Below, piece after piece: positions 25,734 through 37,636 of a stretch of DNA of 64,000 bases. The stretch is from Antechinus flavipes. Lineage: Eukaryota. The DNA lies in assembly GCF_016432865.1 (NCBI RefSeq), contig NC_067400.1, positions 555,024,001 through 555,088,000 of the forward strand. Direction: 5' to 3'. Positions within the stretch are counted from its first letter, which is position 1, and every line of letters starts with the position of its first letter. The position numbers and the translations under genes are program-made. The notes beneath the pieces are model-generated. The model ran no database searches, had not been told where the DNA came from, and worked only from the letters and a program-made list of their open reading frames with translations.

Positions 25734-26678
25734 TCAGGAACTAGTTCTCCATAACACTCGGACAATTTGCCTTCGGATCTCTCTGGTCCTGATACTGTAG
25801 ACTATAGGATTGAGTACAGGAGGGAGCAGTAAGTAAACATTTGCCATGAATGTATGTACTATGGGTGACAAGTGTTTCCCAAAGAGATGTAGCAATGTCA
25901 TGGCAATAAGAGGTACATAGAAGAGTAGCACAGCACAGATGTGGGAGAAACAGGTGTTGAGTACTTTGAATCGCTCCTCTCTTGATGCAATACCCAGAAC
26001 TGCCTGGAGGATGAGGATGTAGGACAAGAGAAGAACCAAAGCATCCAATACAATAATGAAGATAACAGCCAGCAGACCATAGAGGCTATTGATGTGAGTG
26101 TCAGCACAAGCAAGCCTCATGGCATCCTGGTGGAGACAGTATGCATGGGAGAGAACATTAGAGTGGCAAAAAGGTAACCTTTTGATGAGAAAGGGAACAG
26201 GAAGTACAGCAACCACACTCCTTAATAAAATAGTTACTCCAATTTTGCTTATGACACCATGGGTAAGAATGATAGCATAGTGCAGAGGGAAACGGATGGC
26301 TACAAAACGGTCAAAGGCCATGGCTACCAGAACTCCTGACTCCACTCCTCCAAAGGTATGGATAAAAAACATCTGGGTGATGCAAGCATCAAAGGTCACT
26401 GAATATTGACCAAACCAGTGAACTTCGAGCATAGTTGGTAGTGAGGATAAGGAAAGGCTAAGGTCAGTTGCAGCCAGCATAGCCAAAAAATAATACATGG
26501 GCTCATGGAGGCTCTGTTCATGTTTGATAACTATGAGGATAGTAATATTTCCTAACAAAGTGATACTATAGAGGAAGAAGAGTGGCAGGGCTATCCAATA
26601 ATCCTTCTCAGGCATTCCTGGGATCCCAGTCAGAGTGAAAGTCTGATGATTGAATCTTGTGTGATTAAGAACTGACAT
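25734..26678 (-). CDS. Class I olfactory receptor, OR51H-subfamily-like (314 aa, intact)
   Basis: All OR51 motifs are present (LHEPMYYFL, MAFDRFVAI, SHAYCLHQD, PPVLNPIVY). The true start is taken as MSVLNHT at 26678 because the acceptor TTTTTCTCCAG (AG at 26698-26699) lies between it and the upstream ATG of the ORF track. Confidence 0.92.
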   Translation of the reverse strand: MSVLNHTRFNHQTFTLTGIPGMPEKDYWIALPLFFLYSITLLGNITILIVIKHEQSLHEPMYYFLAMLAATDLSLSLSSLPTMLEVHWFGQYSVTFDACITQMFFIHTFGGVESGVLVAMAFDRFVAIRFPLHYAIILTHGVISKIGVTILLRSVVAVLPVPFLIKRLPFCHSNVLSHAYCLHQDAMRLACADTHINSLYGLLAVIFIIVLDALVLLLSYILILQAVLGIASREERFKVLNTCFSHICAVLLFYVPLIAMTLLHLFGKHLSPIVHTFMANVYLLLPPVLNPIVYSIRTREIRRQIVRVLWRTSS

Positions 26679-27399
26679 GGTAGACTGAAGATATATTCTG
26701 GAGAAAAAGCACAAGGATAAAACAAATCCCAAATGCAATAATTATTAATAAAGGCATAATATACTAGGCATTAAAGGAGATAAAAGAATTAAATGAAACA
26801 TTGTTCTGCTCATAGAAGTGAGAGACTTGAAATGGAATAACATCCCAATAAAAATACCAAAAAAGCATGATTATTATTATATATACATAAGGGATTTATC
26901 CTTAAATATGCTGTTACCCAAGTAAAAAAATTGTTACCAGCCATGGGAATCAAGGAAGTGATGGAGGAAGTGACATTTAGATGTACTCTAAAGTAGAAGT
27001 GTCAAATGCACATATCTTAATATTTCCAAATATGTCTTGAGATAAATTAAAATAGTAAAAATAAAAAAAAAAGTATAATAAACACTGGTCATGTTAATTT
27101 GTGGTTTTCTAATATGTGGTTATCAGAATTTTTATTCAGGATTCTGTGACGCCCATTTCTATTTGAATTTGAAGTCATTCATTTTAAGGGATAAATATTT
27201 TAACATGTAAATAGAGAGAGGGAAGAAATTTCTAGAATATGAAAGAACTCCAAGTAAGTAAAGAGGTATAAGGATATGATACATGGTTCATAGGAGTAGG
27301 GATAATTTAGTTTGGCTTTAGTACAAAGGGAGTAACATGAAAAGTCAGATGGCACTACTGTGTTAAAGTCCTTAAATATTAGGCTGATAGATAAACAGC

Positions 27400-28010
27400 T
27401 AACCTGAGATCATAAAGTCTTGCTTTCAAATCCAGTCTCAGACAGTAGCTAAGCAACTATGGGCAACTCATTTAACCTCTGGTCTGCCTTATTTTCCTCA
27501 AATGTAAAATGAGAATAATGATGGCACCTGCCTGTTATGGGCCAGAACCCCGTACTTAAAACAAGGATTCTTACAAAGTGCTAACTCAGTAGAATTGATG
27601 AGAACACCATGGTCCTGTAAGGTGGAGTGAATGAATCTGTCTCTGATTCCCTTCCGAGTCTGTGTTTGGCTCTTCTGAGTCTCTCTCTGAGCTCTTCTGC
27701 GTCTGTCTCTGGCTCCACTCTGGCTGAGTTTGTTGCAGCTTTATATGATCTATTTTGAGTATAAACCAATTATTATAACACTAGGAAACCATTATTTGTT
27801 GTAAGATTAAATCAATCATACTGAATTATTAACTATTAATCACCATGCTAAACTAGATAACCATTGTGTCATCAATTCCACTGACCTAGCACCTTGTAAG
27901 AATCCTTGTTTCAAGTATAGAGTTCTGGCCCATAACACCTGCCTCCCAAGGTTGTTATGAGAATGAAATGAGATAACATTTGTAAATCACTTTACAAATA
28001 TTACAGAGTT
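27400..28010 (+). mobile_element. MIR-like CORE-SINE interrupted by the 27533-27937 element
   Basis: The flanks rejoin as ...GTAAAATGAGAATAATGATGGCACCTGCC|TCCCAAGGTTGTTATGAGAATGAAATGAGATAACATTTGTAAA. Confidence 0.8.
27533..27937. mobile_element. LTR-derived 405-bp element with 69-bp terminal inverted repeats and 6-bp TSD
   Basis: Starts TGTTATGGGCCAGAAC and ends GTTCTGGCCCATAACA; TSD CCTGCC at 27527-27532 and 27938-27943. Both arms resemble the 5' (U3) end of the LTR at 9777. Confidence 0.9.
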
Positions 28011-28017
28011 ATACAGG

Positions 28018-28190
28018 TACTAACTACTACTATTACTGCTATTGCTCCTACTCCAATTACTATTAGTACTACTACTACTTTTACTACTACTACTTCTATC
28101 ACTACTATCACTACTATTACTATTGCTACTACTAGTACTACAACTATCACCATTATCACTACTAGTACTACTACTACTACTATTACAACT
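28018..28190. repeat. Degenerate (ACT)n trinucleotide repeat
   Basis: CTACTACTACTATTACT... array; it explains the poly-V and poly-S ORFs 28001-28201 and 28020-28211. Confidence 0.9.
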
Positions 28191-29084
28191 TGAAAGTTCA
28201 TAGGAATTCACTTAAAATATTGGAATGGAAGAAAGATATGAAAATATGAATAAGAAATGTTATTGGAACATATGAATTAGGCATTAAGGTATCTTAGAAC
28301 AACTCATATACTTTCATTCAAATCCAATTTTACCTATACTATACTATCTTATTCTGTGTATCAAGGATATATGAAAGAGATAAGAAATATGAATAATAAG
28401 GGGATATAGTCTTAGTGTTAAAGAGGGCCTGTGCTTGTCTGATGGCAATGGCAAAAGAAAAAAGTTGACAAAGAGAAGGAAACTAAAGATGGAATTCAGA
28501 GCAGCTGATAAATGATTAGAACAAAAAAGCACAAATGTAACCATAGGAGGTTCTATCACTGTAGTGTACTAAACAAAAATAATGAAGTCAGAAGAAGGAG
28601 CATTTAAAGGGAAAGATAATGATCTTATTTGGAGGTATATTCAGTTAAAGATGGGTCATTCATGTGGAGATGTAATAGCTCTATTTCAAATTCAAAGGAG
28701 GTTAGAACAAGAGGAAGAAATTTGAGAGTAATATGCTTTTACTGTATTTTGTAGTTGAAGTTCTGGGAATAAACAAGATTTCCAAGAAGGATAGTAGAGA
28801 GAAGTAGGAAGAAAACCAAAGACAGATAATAAACAACCACATGAATGGATCACAAAAAGTGCCAAGAAAATAAGACAAAAATTGTATGTGATTAGAAATA
28901 GGGAAGAACTTAATATATCTACAAGCATGTGGAAGGGATTCAACATCAAAGGAGAGATCAAAAATATTGAGGAACTTCAGTGAACATGTTCTAAAAGAGG
29001 TGAGGGAATAAAATTTAAAGCAGAGAAGTAAAGGCTGTGGTTCTTCAAGATTTTTCTTGTTTTGAACAGTGATGAAGATTAGGG

Positions 29085-29250
29085 AAGAGATACAAAGACA
29101 AAGACAGAAATAGAGACAGAGACAGAGACAGACATAGAAAGAAAGAGACATACAAAGTACAGAGAGACAGGGGACAAAGAGGGACAGAGAAAGAGACAGA
29201 CAGACTGACAGTGACAGAGACAGTCAGAAAGAGAGAAAGACAGAGAGAGG
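29085..29250. repeat. (AGAC/AG)n purine-rich simple repeat
   Basis: Direct inspection. Confidence 0.8.
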
Positions 29251-31904
29251 ATAGTTAGGAAAAGAGCAGAGATGATGCTTAAGTTTGAGAATGAAAAATG
29301 AGCAATAAGGGAATTCACTTCATGTTGGAAAAGTTAGATCATCTGCTTTTAAGAAAATGAGATATAGCTAGTGCAAGGAGAAAGGAAAAAAGGATCCGGG
29401 ATAGAAAATTTGGGAAACAAAACATAAACACAACCCAAACCTTGTCCTGAGAAATCTACTTGGAATCAATCTCAGCTCTTCTACTTACCAATTATCTGAT
29501 TTTGAACAAACCCACTTAGTTTTTCTGAACATAGTTTCATAAATTCAATATTAATTTAGAAAAACCATTTCCTTTCTCTTGTTTTTCCTATGTAAAATGT
29601 AAATTTGAGTTGATATGCTCTCTAAAGTCTCTGTAGGCTTTCAGATTTTTGAAAAGGGATCAGAATGAAATTGTCCTTGATTCCCCAACTTCTTCACAGC
29701 ATTTTCTACCTGAGCTAACATAATATTGTGCCAAGACATAGTCCTTCCTCTATGGCACATACAGGGCCAGAAGAGTAGGATTGCTTTTTTACTCCCTTGG
29801 ATATTTCTTTCTGAATGCCTTGATATCTTCACTAGCACTATCAGATATTCTCTGCTGGATGCTTACTTTCCCTAGATCCATGATGTTTTTTAGAATACAG
29901 GTTTTATCTCCCTCCACCCTCTTCCTGCCAAGCCCTTTTAAGAAGAGTATAAAATATAAAAACATGGAAACCTGACTTTCCCATTCTGGTCATTCCAAAC
30001 TGATATATCAATGTCAGTAAGACTGACATATATAGCTCTATCCTGATGAAAATGAAAAATGAGATCCAGAGAAGAGTCATCCAGAATAGAGTGAGCCATT
30101 TCCATTTCCATTGCTTTGGGTTATGTCTCAGATCACAAACACACTTTTAGGGATTGGAAGAAATCTCAGTCAGTGTTTTCAAACATGAAGAATAGACTGA
30201 ACTTGAAATGCTATTTTATTGCACATAATCCTTCTACATAAATGACTTCCCTTACTCACTGTGTGATTGACTATCAAATTTAGTTAAAATATATGCAATA
30301 TATAGCACATAGATTAAAATACACAGACATAGAAAAATACTTTTCAATTATTACATTCAAAATGCTTTCAAGAAAAAGATAGAGTAGTCACAGAAGAGGA
30401 GATGCCTGGTCATAGCTTCAATTATACCTTTCTGGGAAGGAGATGCATTCAGATTAAGCAGCAAAATTAAGGATACTATCAAAGGGAGCAGCTTAGAACT
30501 AAAATGGTTTTGTTTATCTGGTCAGTGTAAAGATCTGAAATACCACTATTTCAGGAAAATTCACTAATGATGTGAGCAAGTCTTAATCATATGCTTTCCT
30601 CCCTGTGCTGTTAGACTATTTATGCCCAAAGTTATAAGGATAACAGGTAATAGTAATCAACTCTTATCTTTTTTTTTTTTTAAATACTTGGGTTTGCCAG
30701 TTTCCTCTGATAGAAATGGTGACTTTATCACAAAGTTATCTAACAAGATAACTTCTTACTTGTGGCCCATCTGGCTTTTTCAAAGCCTAAACATTAGATG
30801 GGCATCTTAGTAGACTCATTTCTTGAGGTCAAAGCATCACCTATATTCTCTTCCCAGTCCATATTCTGCAGCACCCAAAAAGTGTCATTGCCTTTTAATC
30901 AGCATTCTAATGGAGGGTCCCTGCATTGCACAAATGGAACTCCAAACTAGAAAGGATTTTAGAGATCATCCAAGCCATCCTCTTCATTTTGCAGTGAGAA
31001 AACTGAGACTAGAAGCAATAAAGTAGTAAGGTGGAAGCACTTACCTCTGTAGTCAGATATGCTCTGTATAAAGCTTACCTTTGACACTTACTCCCTCTGT
31101 GAAAAAAATCCAAGTTAGTTAGCCTCTTTGAGCTTTAGGTTCTTCATCTGTAAACTGAAAGAGTTGAAGTAATAACTCCTCAGATCACCTCCAGCTCTAT
31201 GTCTATGAGCTTGTGTTTAGTGAGTTTCCCAAATCATAGAGTTAATAAAAACTGAATGGAAAATTCATGGCCAGCTTTCATCCTGGCAATAGAAGAATTC
31301 TACAGTGGGGTTTTCACAAGGCACAGACTTGTGGCATCATCAGTCGATTTTCCTTGATGATACTGGTATTTCAGATCTTTACATTGATTACTTTGGCAGC
31401 TCCAGATAGACATAACCATTTTAGTTCTAAGCTGCTCCCTTTAAAAAAAGAAAATTTACCTTTAATTTTGTTTCTTAGGACAATGAGAGATGTCAAATGT
31501 AAGTATCTAACAAAATTTCCATTCCAAAAAAAAAAAGTGGCTCAAATCAGACTATGTAATTAGAAAACATTAATAGAATACAACATAGATAATTCAAATT
31601 TATGATTTTCTAAGTCAATATGTCAAGATGCATTTCTATTTGATTCTGCTGCCATTGATTTAGATCTCAGATCCTAATAAGCCCCCTTCCATATTTTGCA
31701 GGATTGCTCAAATAGCTCAGCGCTCTATTTCATAATATTAGAATTAAAGGGAACTATTTTCTATGATCAGAAGAGAGCTTCTGGGACTTCCTCTCTTTCT
31801 CCAACAATCTGACTCCATATCTGTGTCGAGTAAAAATGTCTTCTGGTATATTCAAGAACGACAAACTCTGAGTACCTGTGTGTTTCTTACTAGAATAGAG
31901 AAGA

Positions 31905-32180
31905 GTTAGGGGAGACATGATAACTATCATCCAATACCTGAAAGGCTATCACGTGAAAGAGGATTAGACTTTATATGTCCTCAGGGAGAAGAACTAAAAA
32001 TTAGTGAACATTGTAAAACCAGGATTTTATTTAACAGAAGGGGGAAAATATCCTGAGACTTAGTTATACAAAATTGAAATAGGTAGCAATATTTGGTAAT
32101 GACTTTCACATCACTGAAACTCAAAAAAGAGGATCACCATATTAGGGATGTTATAGAAAATCCAAATTTATGTTTAATCT
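31905..32180 (+). mobile_element. L3/CR1 3' fragment
   Basis: GGGGAGACATGATAACTATCATCCAATACCTGAAAGGCTATCACGTGAAAGAGG resembles the CR1 ORF2 C-terminal sequence. Confidence 0.55.
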
Positions 32181-32550
32181 TAGCTAAGGTAATTGAGGAA
32201 AGGCAAATGAAAGACAAAAAATTAAGGCAGAGACAAAGGTGGACATTTCAATCTGTATTACTGCTAAGGGATGATCACTATTTTGAATAAATGTGAAAGA
32301 ACTGGCCTTGCTGGGAGGAAATTAGTTTTCTGTCTCAGGAAACTTTTTTCTCTTCTATATAGGCTTTTTGGGTAATAATAGTCTGGAATGAGCTGTACTT
32401 GGGTGAACTGGCCATGATGACATGCTAGCTCTGGTTTGCTTTGCTATTTCTTTAGCCAGTGCATTTTTCTGAAGTTGGAGTTATTTCCCTATTCCCAGCT
32501 TCATTACTCACCCAGGAAGACATTAAATCCAGATTCTAGGTCATCTTCCA

Positions 32551-32865
32551 ACTTACCTGGAATCTGACTTAGGACAAAAAAAAAAAACATTTATTTCTTT
32601 GTGGTAACAGTTATGTTCAGCCTTTAAGGTCTAGTCCTATTCTTCTGACTCTGTTCATTTTAAAGGCCCCAGAAGAACTCAGTGAATCATCGTGAAAACT
32701 CCCCAGGGATGAACCCAAGCAGGTGAAAACATTTCTGACCTCACTGCTGTTAGGGCTTAGAGAGCTTTGCAGCTTGTTTGTCTGGGAGTTGTGGTGATCT
32801 TTTTCTTCTTTAAAATATATAATGATATATGATTCTCTCTGGATGAAAGCAGGTTTCTCAGGGAG
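32551..32865 (-). promoter_or_regulatory. Candidate promoter and non-coding first exon for the OR at 25734-26678
   Basis: O/E (EBF) sites TCCCCAGGGA (32700-32709) and TCTCAGGGAG (32856-32865), followed on the minus strand by the donor CCAG|GTAAGT (32551-32560), in non-repetitive DNA. Confidence 0.4.
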
Positions 32866-33149
32866 ATTTTCTGGAGGCAGCCTTAGTTTCAGTTAAAAAT
32901 AATAATCACCCACTCTTGTTTTGGTCAGTTTGTTTTTGTGTTCCACTGTGTCTATCTCTCTGTCTCTGTCTTTCTGTGTGCTCTACCCTTCTTGGTAATT
33001 ATATATCACCCAATTATATATCATTCCCTCTTCAACCCGTTCTCCATGTGAATGGATTTTCAGAACTACCAGCCCTCCTCTCCCCTTTAGCTAATAGATC
33101 TCATTTGTAGAACATAATGACTATTTTTTACCTTTTCCTAGATGGTTTT

Positions 33150-34095
33150 TAGAATCACATTATGTTCAGCTCTATACCAGCCTTTCTTTTTGGACTATCT
33201 AATTATTGATGTCAATTTTAGACATGTAGTTTACATTTCCACATAAAACATAATGTATTCTTATTTAGTCCTTTGAAATTACCATTTGATGTTGCCTCAT
33301 ATATTAATATTTTTACTGACTTTTTTTTTGAGATAAAATCCAGAAAATCTGACAATTCATTGAATGTTCACTTTCCCCATTCAATACTGTAGTTAGTTTT
33401 GCTGAATATAGCATTTTGAAAATGCTAGTTGTTTTGCTTGTCAATATACAATATTGTAAGACAATATTGTATTGAGCTGTTATTGTAGCTGCTGCTAATT
33501 CCTGTACAATTTTTATTGTAGCCCTAGCATATTTGAATTTTTGTTATTATTATTGCTTGTAACAATTTATCTTTGATCTGGGGATTTTGAAATTTAGCAA
33601 TATTTCCAATTTGTTTTTCTTGTAGGATCTCTTTGAGATGGTGATTGCTGGATTTTATTTTTATTTCTATTTTCTCCTCTTGTTCTATCACCTTCAAGAT
33701 AATTTTCCTTAATTATTTCTTGCATTATTATTATTTTTGCTGAGGCAATCAGAGATAAGTGACTTGCCTGGGGTCATACAGGTAAGACGAGTTAAGTGTC
33801 TGAGGTCAGATTTGAACTCACATCTTCTTGACTTCAGGGCTGGTGCTGTATCCACTGCACCACCTAGCTACCCCTATTTCTTGTATTATTATGTTGATTC
33901 TTTTTTTCATCACTATTTTAGGGGGTCTGATTATTCTTATGTTTTTTCTTATTGATCTGTATTCCAGGTTTATTTTTTTAATGTATTATATCCTCTTTTA
34001 TTTTTTCATTCTTTCTATTTTGTTTTATTATTTCTTGGTTTCTAATAAATTCACTGACTTCCCCTTAACCAATTCTAATTTTCAAAGAGTAATTT
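33150..34095 (-). mobile_element. Old L1 fragment (ORF1/5' ORF2-like region)
   Basis: T-rich reverse-complement L1 sequence (CAATATTTCCAATTTGTTTTTCTTGTAGG, GGGGGTCTGATTATTCTT). Confidence 0.55.
33731..33874 (-). mobile_element. WSINE1-like SINE with 17-bp TSD
   Basis: Reverse complement of GGGGTAGCTAGGTGGTGCAGTGGATACAGCACC...GATTGCCTCAGCAAAAA; TSD TATTTCTTG(C/T)ATTATTA at 33714-33730 and 33875-33891. Confidence 0.85.
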
Positions 34096-34099
34096 TCTT

Positions 34100-36583
34100 C
34101 TTTCTTTTTTGTTTTTGCTTTCTTCTTTTTTTAAATTAAAGTTTTTTATTTTCAAAACATATGCATGGATAATTTTCAACATTCACCTCTGCAAAACCTT
34201 GTGTTCCAAATTTTTTTCCCTCCTTTCCTCCCACCCCCTCCCATACATGGCAAATAATCCATTATATTTTAAATATGTGCAATTCTTCTATACATATTTC
34301 CACAAATATCATCCTGCACAAGAAAAATTCAATCGAAAAGGAAAAAATGAGAAAGAAAACAAAATGCAAGGGAACAACAACAAAAAGAGTGAAAATACTA
34401 TGTTGTGATCCACACTTAGTTCTCAGTTCTCTCTCTGAAACATCTACATTTTGTGATGTAGAGAGGTTCTCTAGATCAGAAAACCATTGGAACTGACCTC
34501 AATTATTTCATTGTGGAAGAGAGCTGTTTCCATCAGAATTGATCATTGTATAATCTTGCTATTGCTGTGTATAATGATCTCCTGGTTCTGTTCATTTCAC
34601 TTAGCATCAGTTCATGTAGGTCTCTCCAAGCCTCTCTGTATTCATCCTGCTGATCATTCCTTACAGAACAATAATATTCCATAACATTCATATACCACAA
34701 TTTACCCAGCCATTCTCCAATTGATGGGCATCCATTCATTTTCCAGTTTCTAGCCGCTACAAACAGGGCAGCACAAACATTTTGGCACATACAGGTCCCT
34801 TTCCCTTCTTTAGTATCTCTTTGGGGCATAAGCCCAGTAATAGCACTGCTGGATCAAAGGTTATGCACAGTTTGATAATTTTTGGGGCATAATTCCAGAT
34901 TGCTCTCCAGAATGGCTGGATTCATTCACAACTCCACCAACAATGCATCAGTGTCCCAGTTTTCCTGCATCCCCTCCAACATTCATCATTATTTTTTCCT
35001 GTCATCTTAGCCAATCTGACAGGTGTATAGTGGTATCTCAGAGTTGTCTTAATTTGCATTTCTCTGATCAATAGTGATTTGGAACACTCTTTCATATGAG
35101 TGGTAATAGTTTCAATTTCATCATCTGAAAATTGTCTGTTCATATCCTTTGACCATTTATCAATTGGAGAATGGCTTGATTTCTTATAAATTAGAGTCAA
35201 TTCTCTATATATTTTGGAGATGAGGCCTTTATCAGAATCTTTAACTGTGAAAATGTTTTCCCAGTTTGTTGCTTTCCTTCTAATCTTGTTTGCATTAGTT
35301 TTGTTTGTACAAAGACTTTTTAATTTGATGTAATCAAAATTTTCTATTTTGTGATCAGTAATGGTCTCTAGTTCATCTTTGGTCACAAATTTCTTCCTCC
35401 TCCATAAGTCTGAGAAATAAACTATCCTATGTTCCTCTAATTTATTTATAACCTCATTCTTTAAGCTTAAATCATGGACCCATTTTGATCTTATCTTGGT
35501 ATATGGTGTTAAGTGTGGGTTAATGCCTAATTTCTGCCATACTAATTTCCAGTTATTCCAGCAGTTTTTGTCAAATAATGAATTCTTATCCCAAAAGTTA
35601 GGATCTTTGGGTTTGTCAAACACTAGATTGCTATAATTGACGATTCTGTCTTGTGAACCTAACTTGTACCACTGATCAACTAATCTATTTCTTAGCCAAT
35701 ACCAAATGGTTTTGGTGACTGCTACTTTATAATATAGTTTTAGATCAGGTACACCTAGGCCACCTTCATTTGATTTTTTTTTTTCATTAATTCCCTTGAG
35801 ATTCTCAACCTTTTATTCTTCCATATGAATTTTGTTGTTATTTCCTCTAGATCATTAAAATATTTTCTTAGAAGTCTGATTGGTATAGCACTAAGTAAAT
35901 AGATTAGTTTAGGGAGTATTGTCATCTTTATTATATTCGCTCGGCCTATCCAAGAGCACTTAATTTTTTTTCCAATTATTTATTTGTGTGGAAAGTTTTT
36001 TGTAATTTTGCTCATATAATTCCTGACTTTCCTTTGGTAGATAGATTCCCCAATATTTTATGCTGTCGACAATTATTTTGAAAGGAATTTCTCTTTGTAT
36101 CTCTTCTTGTTGGATTTTATTGGTGATGTATAAAAATGCTGAGGATTTATGGGGATTTATTTTGTATCCTGCAACTTTGCTAAAGTTATGAATTATTTCT
36201 AATAGCTTTTTAGTAGAATCTCTGGGGTTCTCTAGGTATACCATCATACCATCTGCAAAGAGTGATAGGTTGGTCTCCTCATTGCCTACTCTAATTCCTT
36301 TAATCTCTTTCTCGACTCTTATTGCCGAGGCTAGAGTTTCTAATACAATATTGAATAATAGTGATGATAGTGGGCAACCTTGCTTCACTCCAGATCTTAC
36401 TGAGAAAGGTTCCAGTTTTTGCACATTGCATATAATGCTTACTGATGGTTTTAAATATATGCTCCTGAGTATTTTAAGGAAAAGTCCATTTATTCCTATA
36501 CTCTCAAGTGTTTTTATTAGGAATAGATGTTGGATTTTATCAAATGCTTTTTCTGCATCTATTGAGATGATCATATGGTTTTT
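34100..36583 (-). mobile_element. 5'-truncated L1 (ORF2 RT C-terminal part, zinc-knuckle region, 3' UTR, poly-A)
   Basis: ORFs 35960-36589 ([25 protein letters not shown]), 34922-35623 (CWRGC..TGTL.HCWW.C) and 34533-34829 are frameshifted L1 ORF2 pieces; T-rich tail near 34100-34140. Confidence 0.95.
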
Positions 36584-37423
36584 GTACAAAAACTTTTTAA
36601 TTTAATATAATTAGAATTATCCATTTTGTATTCAATAATGTGCTCCAATTCTGTTTGTCCACAAATTCCTGCCTTCTCCATAGATCTGAGAAGCAAACTA
36701 TCCTTAACGTTTAATTCACATTATTCAAATTTTGTCCATCATTTTCTTAAATCTAAACAATAATTAAAACAATGTATCAAACTGTGGATTCTATTTCAAT
36801 GATATAAGTGCTCAGACTTAAATTAAAAAAAATTTTTCTTTAGTGTCAATTTGAGGTAGCTCCATCATACCTTTAAAATGAAGGTGAAATACATAGGCAG
36901 AAAATGGAAATATGGAGCTGAGTTGTTCAAGGGACTTTTGTGTAGCCTATCACCATTATGAGCATTCTAAAATTATGGTAAGCCTGGTGGAAGGGACTGG
37001 AAAATTATACGTGATCAATTAATACTATTGTAGTACCCAGAATACCTGTTATATCAAAACCTTGCTCTGTTTCACCTTGTACCCCCTAGGCTTTACCATT
37101 GGTTTGGCCTCTGTAGTGTCTTCTTTTTTAATCCTAGTTGCCAATTCATATTTGCTTGGACCTATGAGAGATATCAATATATCTGGACTACCTTTCCATA
37201 TCTATTCACTGTCATTATCCTATTTCTCATATTAAAACATTAGATTTTAAGAACTCTGTCCTCCAGTAATTTGATGATTTCTTTCTTTGTTCTTCTCCTC
37301 CCTCCAAGACATTTCTATTCAGGATTCTGTATACTTAATAGTTTAGCAGCAAGAGAGCTTAAGGGATTTAGGGACAAACTTCAGCTTGCTCTCCCTACTG
37401 TAAAGTTCCTAAGATATCCCCTC

Positions 37424-37636
37424 ACTGCCATTAGTAAGATGGGTGGCAACATCCATGAGTCCATGTACTACTTCCTCGTTATTTAGGCCCTGGCTGATAT
37501 GGGTCTCTACATGTATACCCTGCCCACTCTATTTGGAATTTTCTGGTTCCATGCTCTGGAAATTCCTTTTGATGTTTGCAACACTCAGATACTCTTTATA
37601 CATGCATGTATTATCATGGAATTTGGAGAGTTGGTG
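37424..37636 (+). pseudogene. Internal OR51-family fragment (end of TM1 to TM3), copy B
   Basis: TAISKMGGNIHESMYYFLVI*ALADMGLYMYTLPTLFGIFWFHALEIPFDVCNTQILFIHACIIMEFGELV; TAG at 37484-37486, the same position as in copy A. Confidence 0.85.

Noticed and set aside
28001-28211. Poly-Val and poly-Ser ORFs
   Set aside because: They are translations of an (ACT)n microsatellite.
28702-29318. 149-aa and 79-aa minus-strand ORFs
   Set aside because: They are low-complexity TC/TG-rich and L2-like sequence with no recognisable domain.
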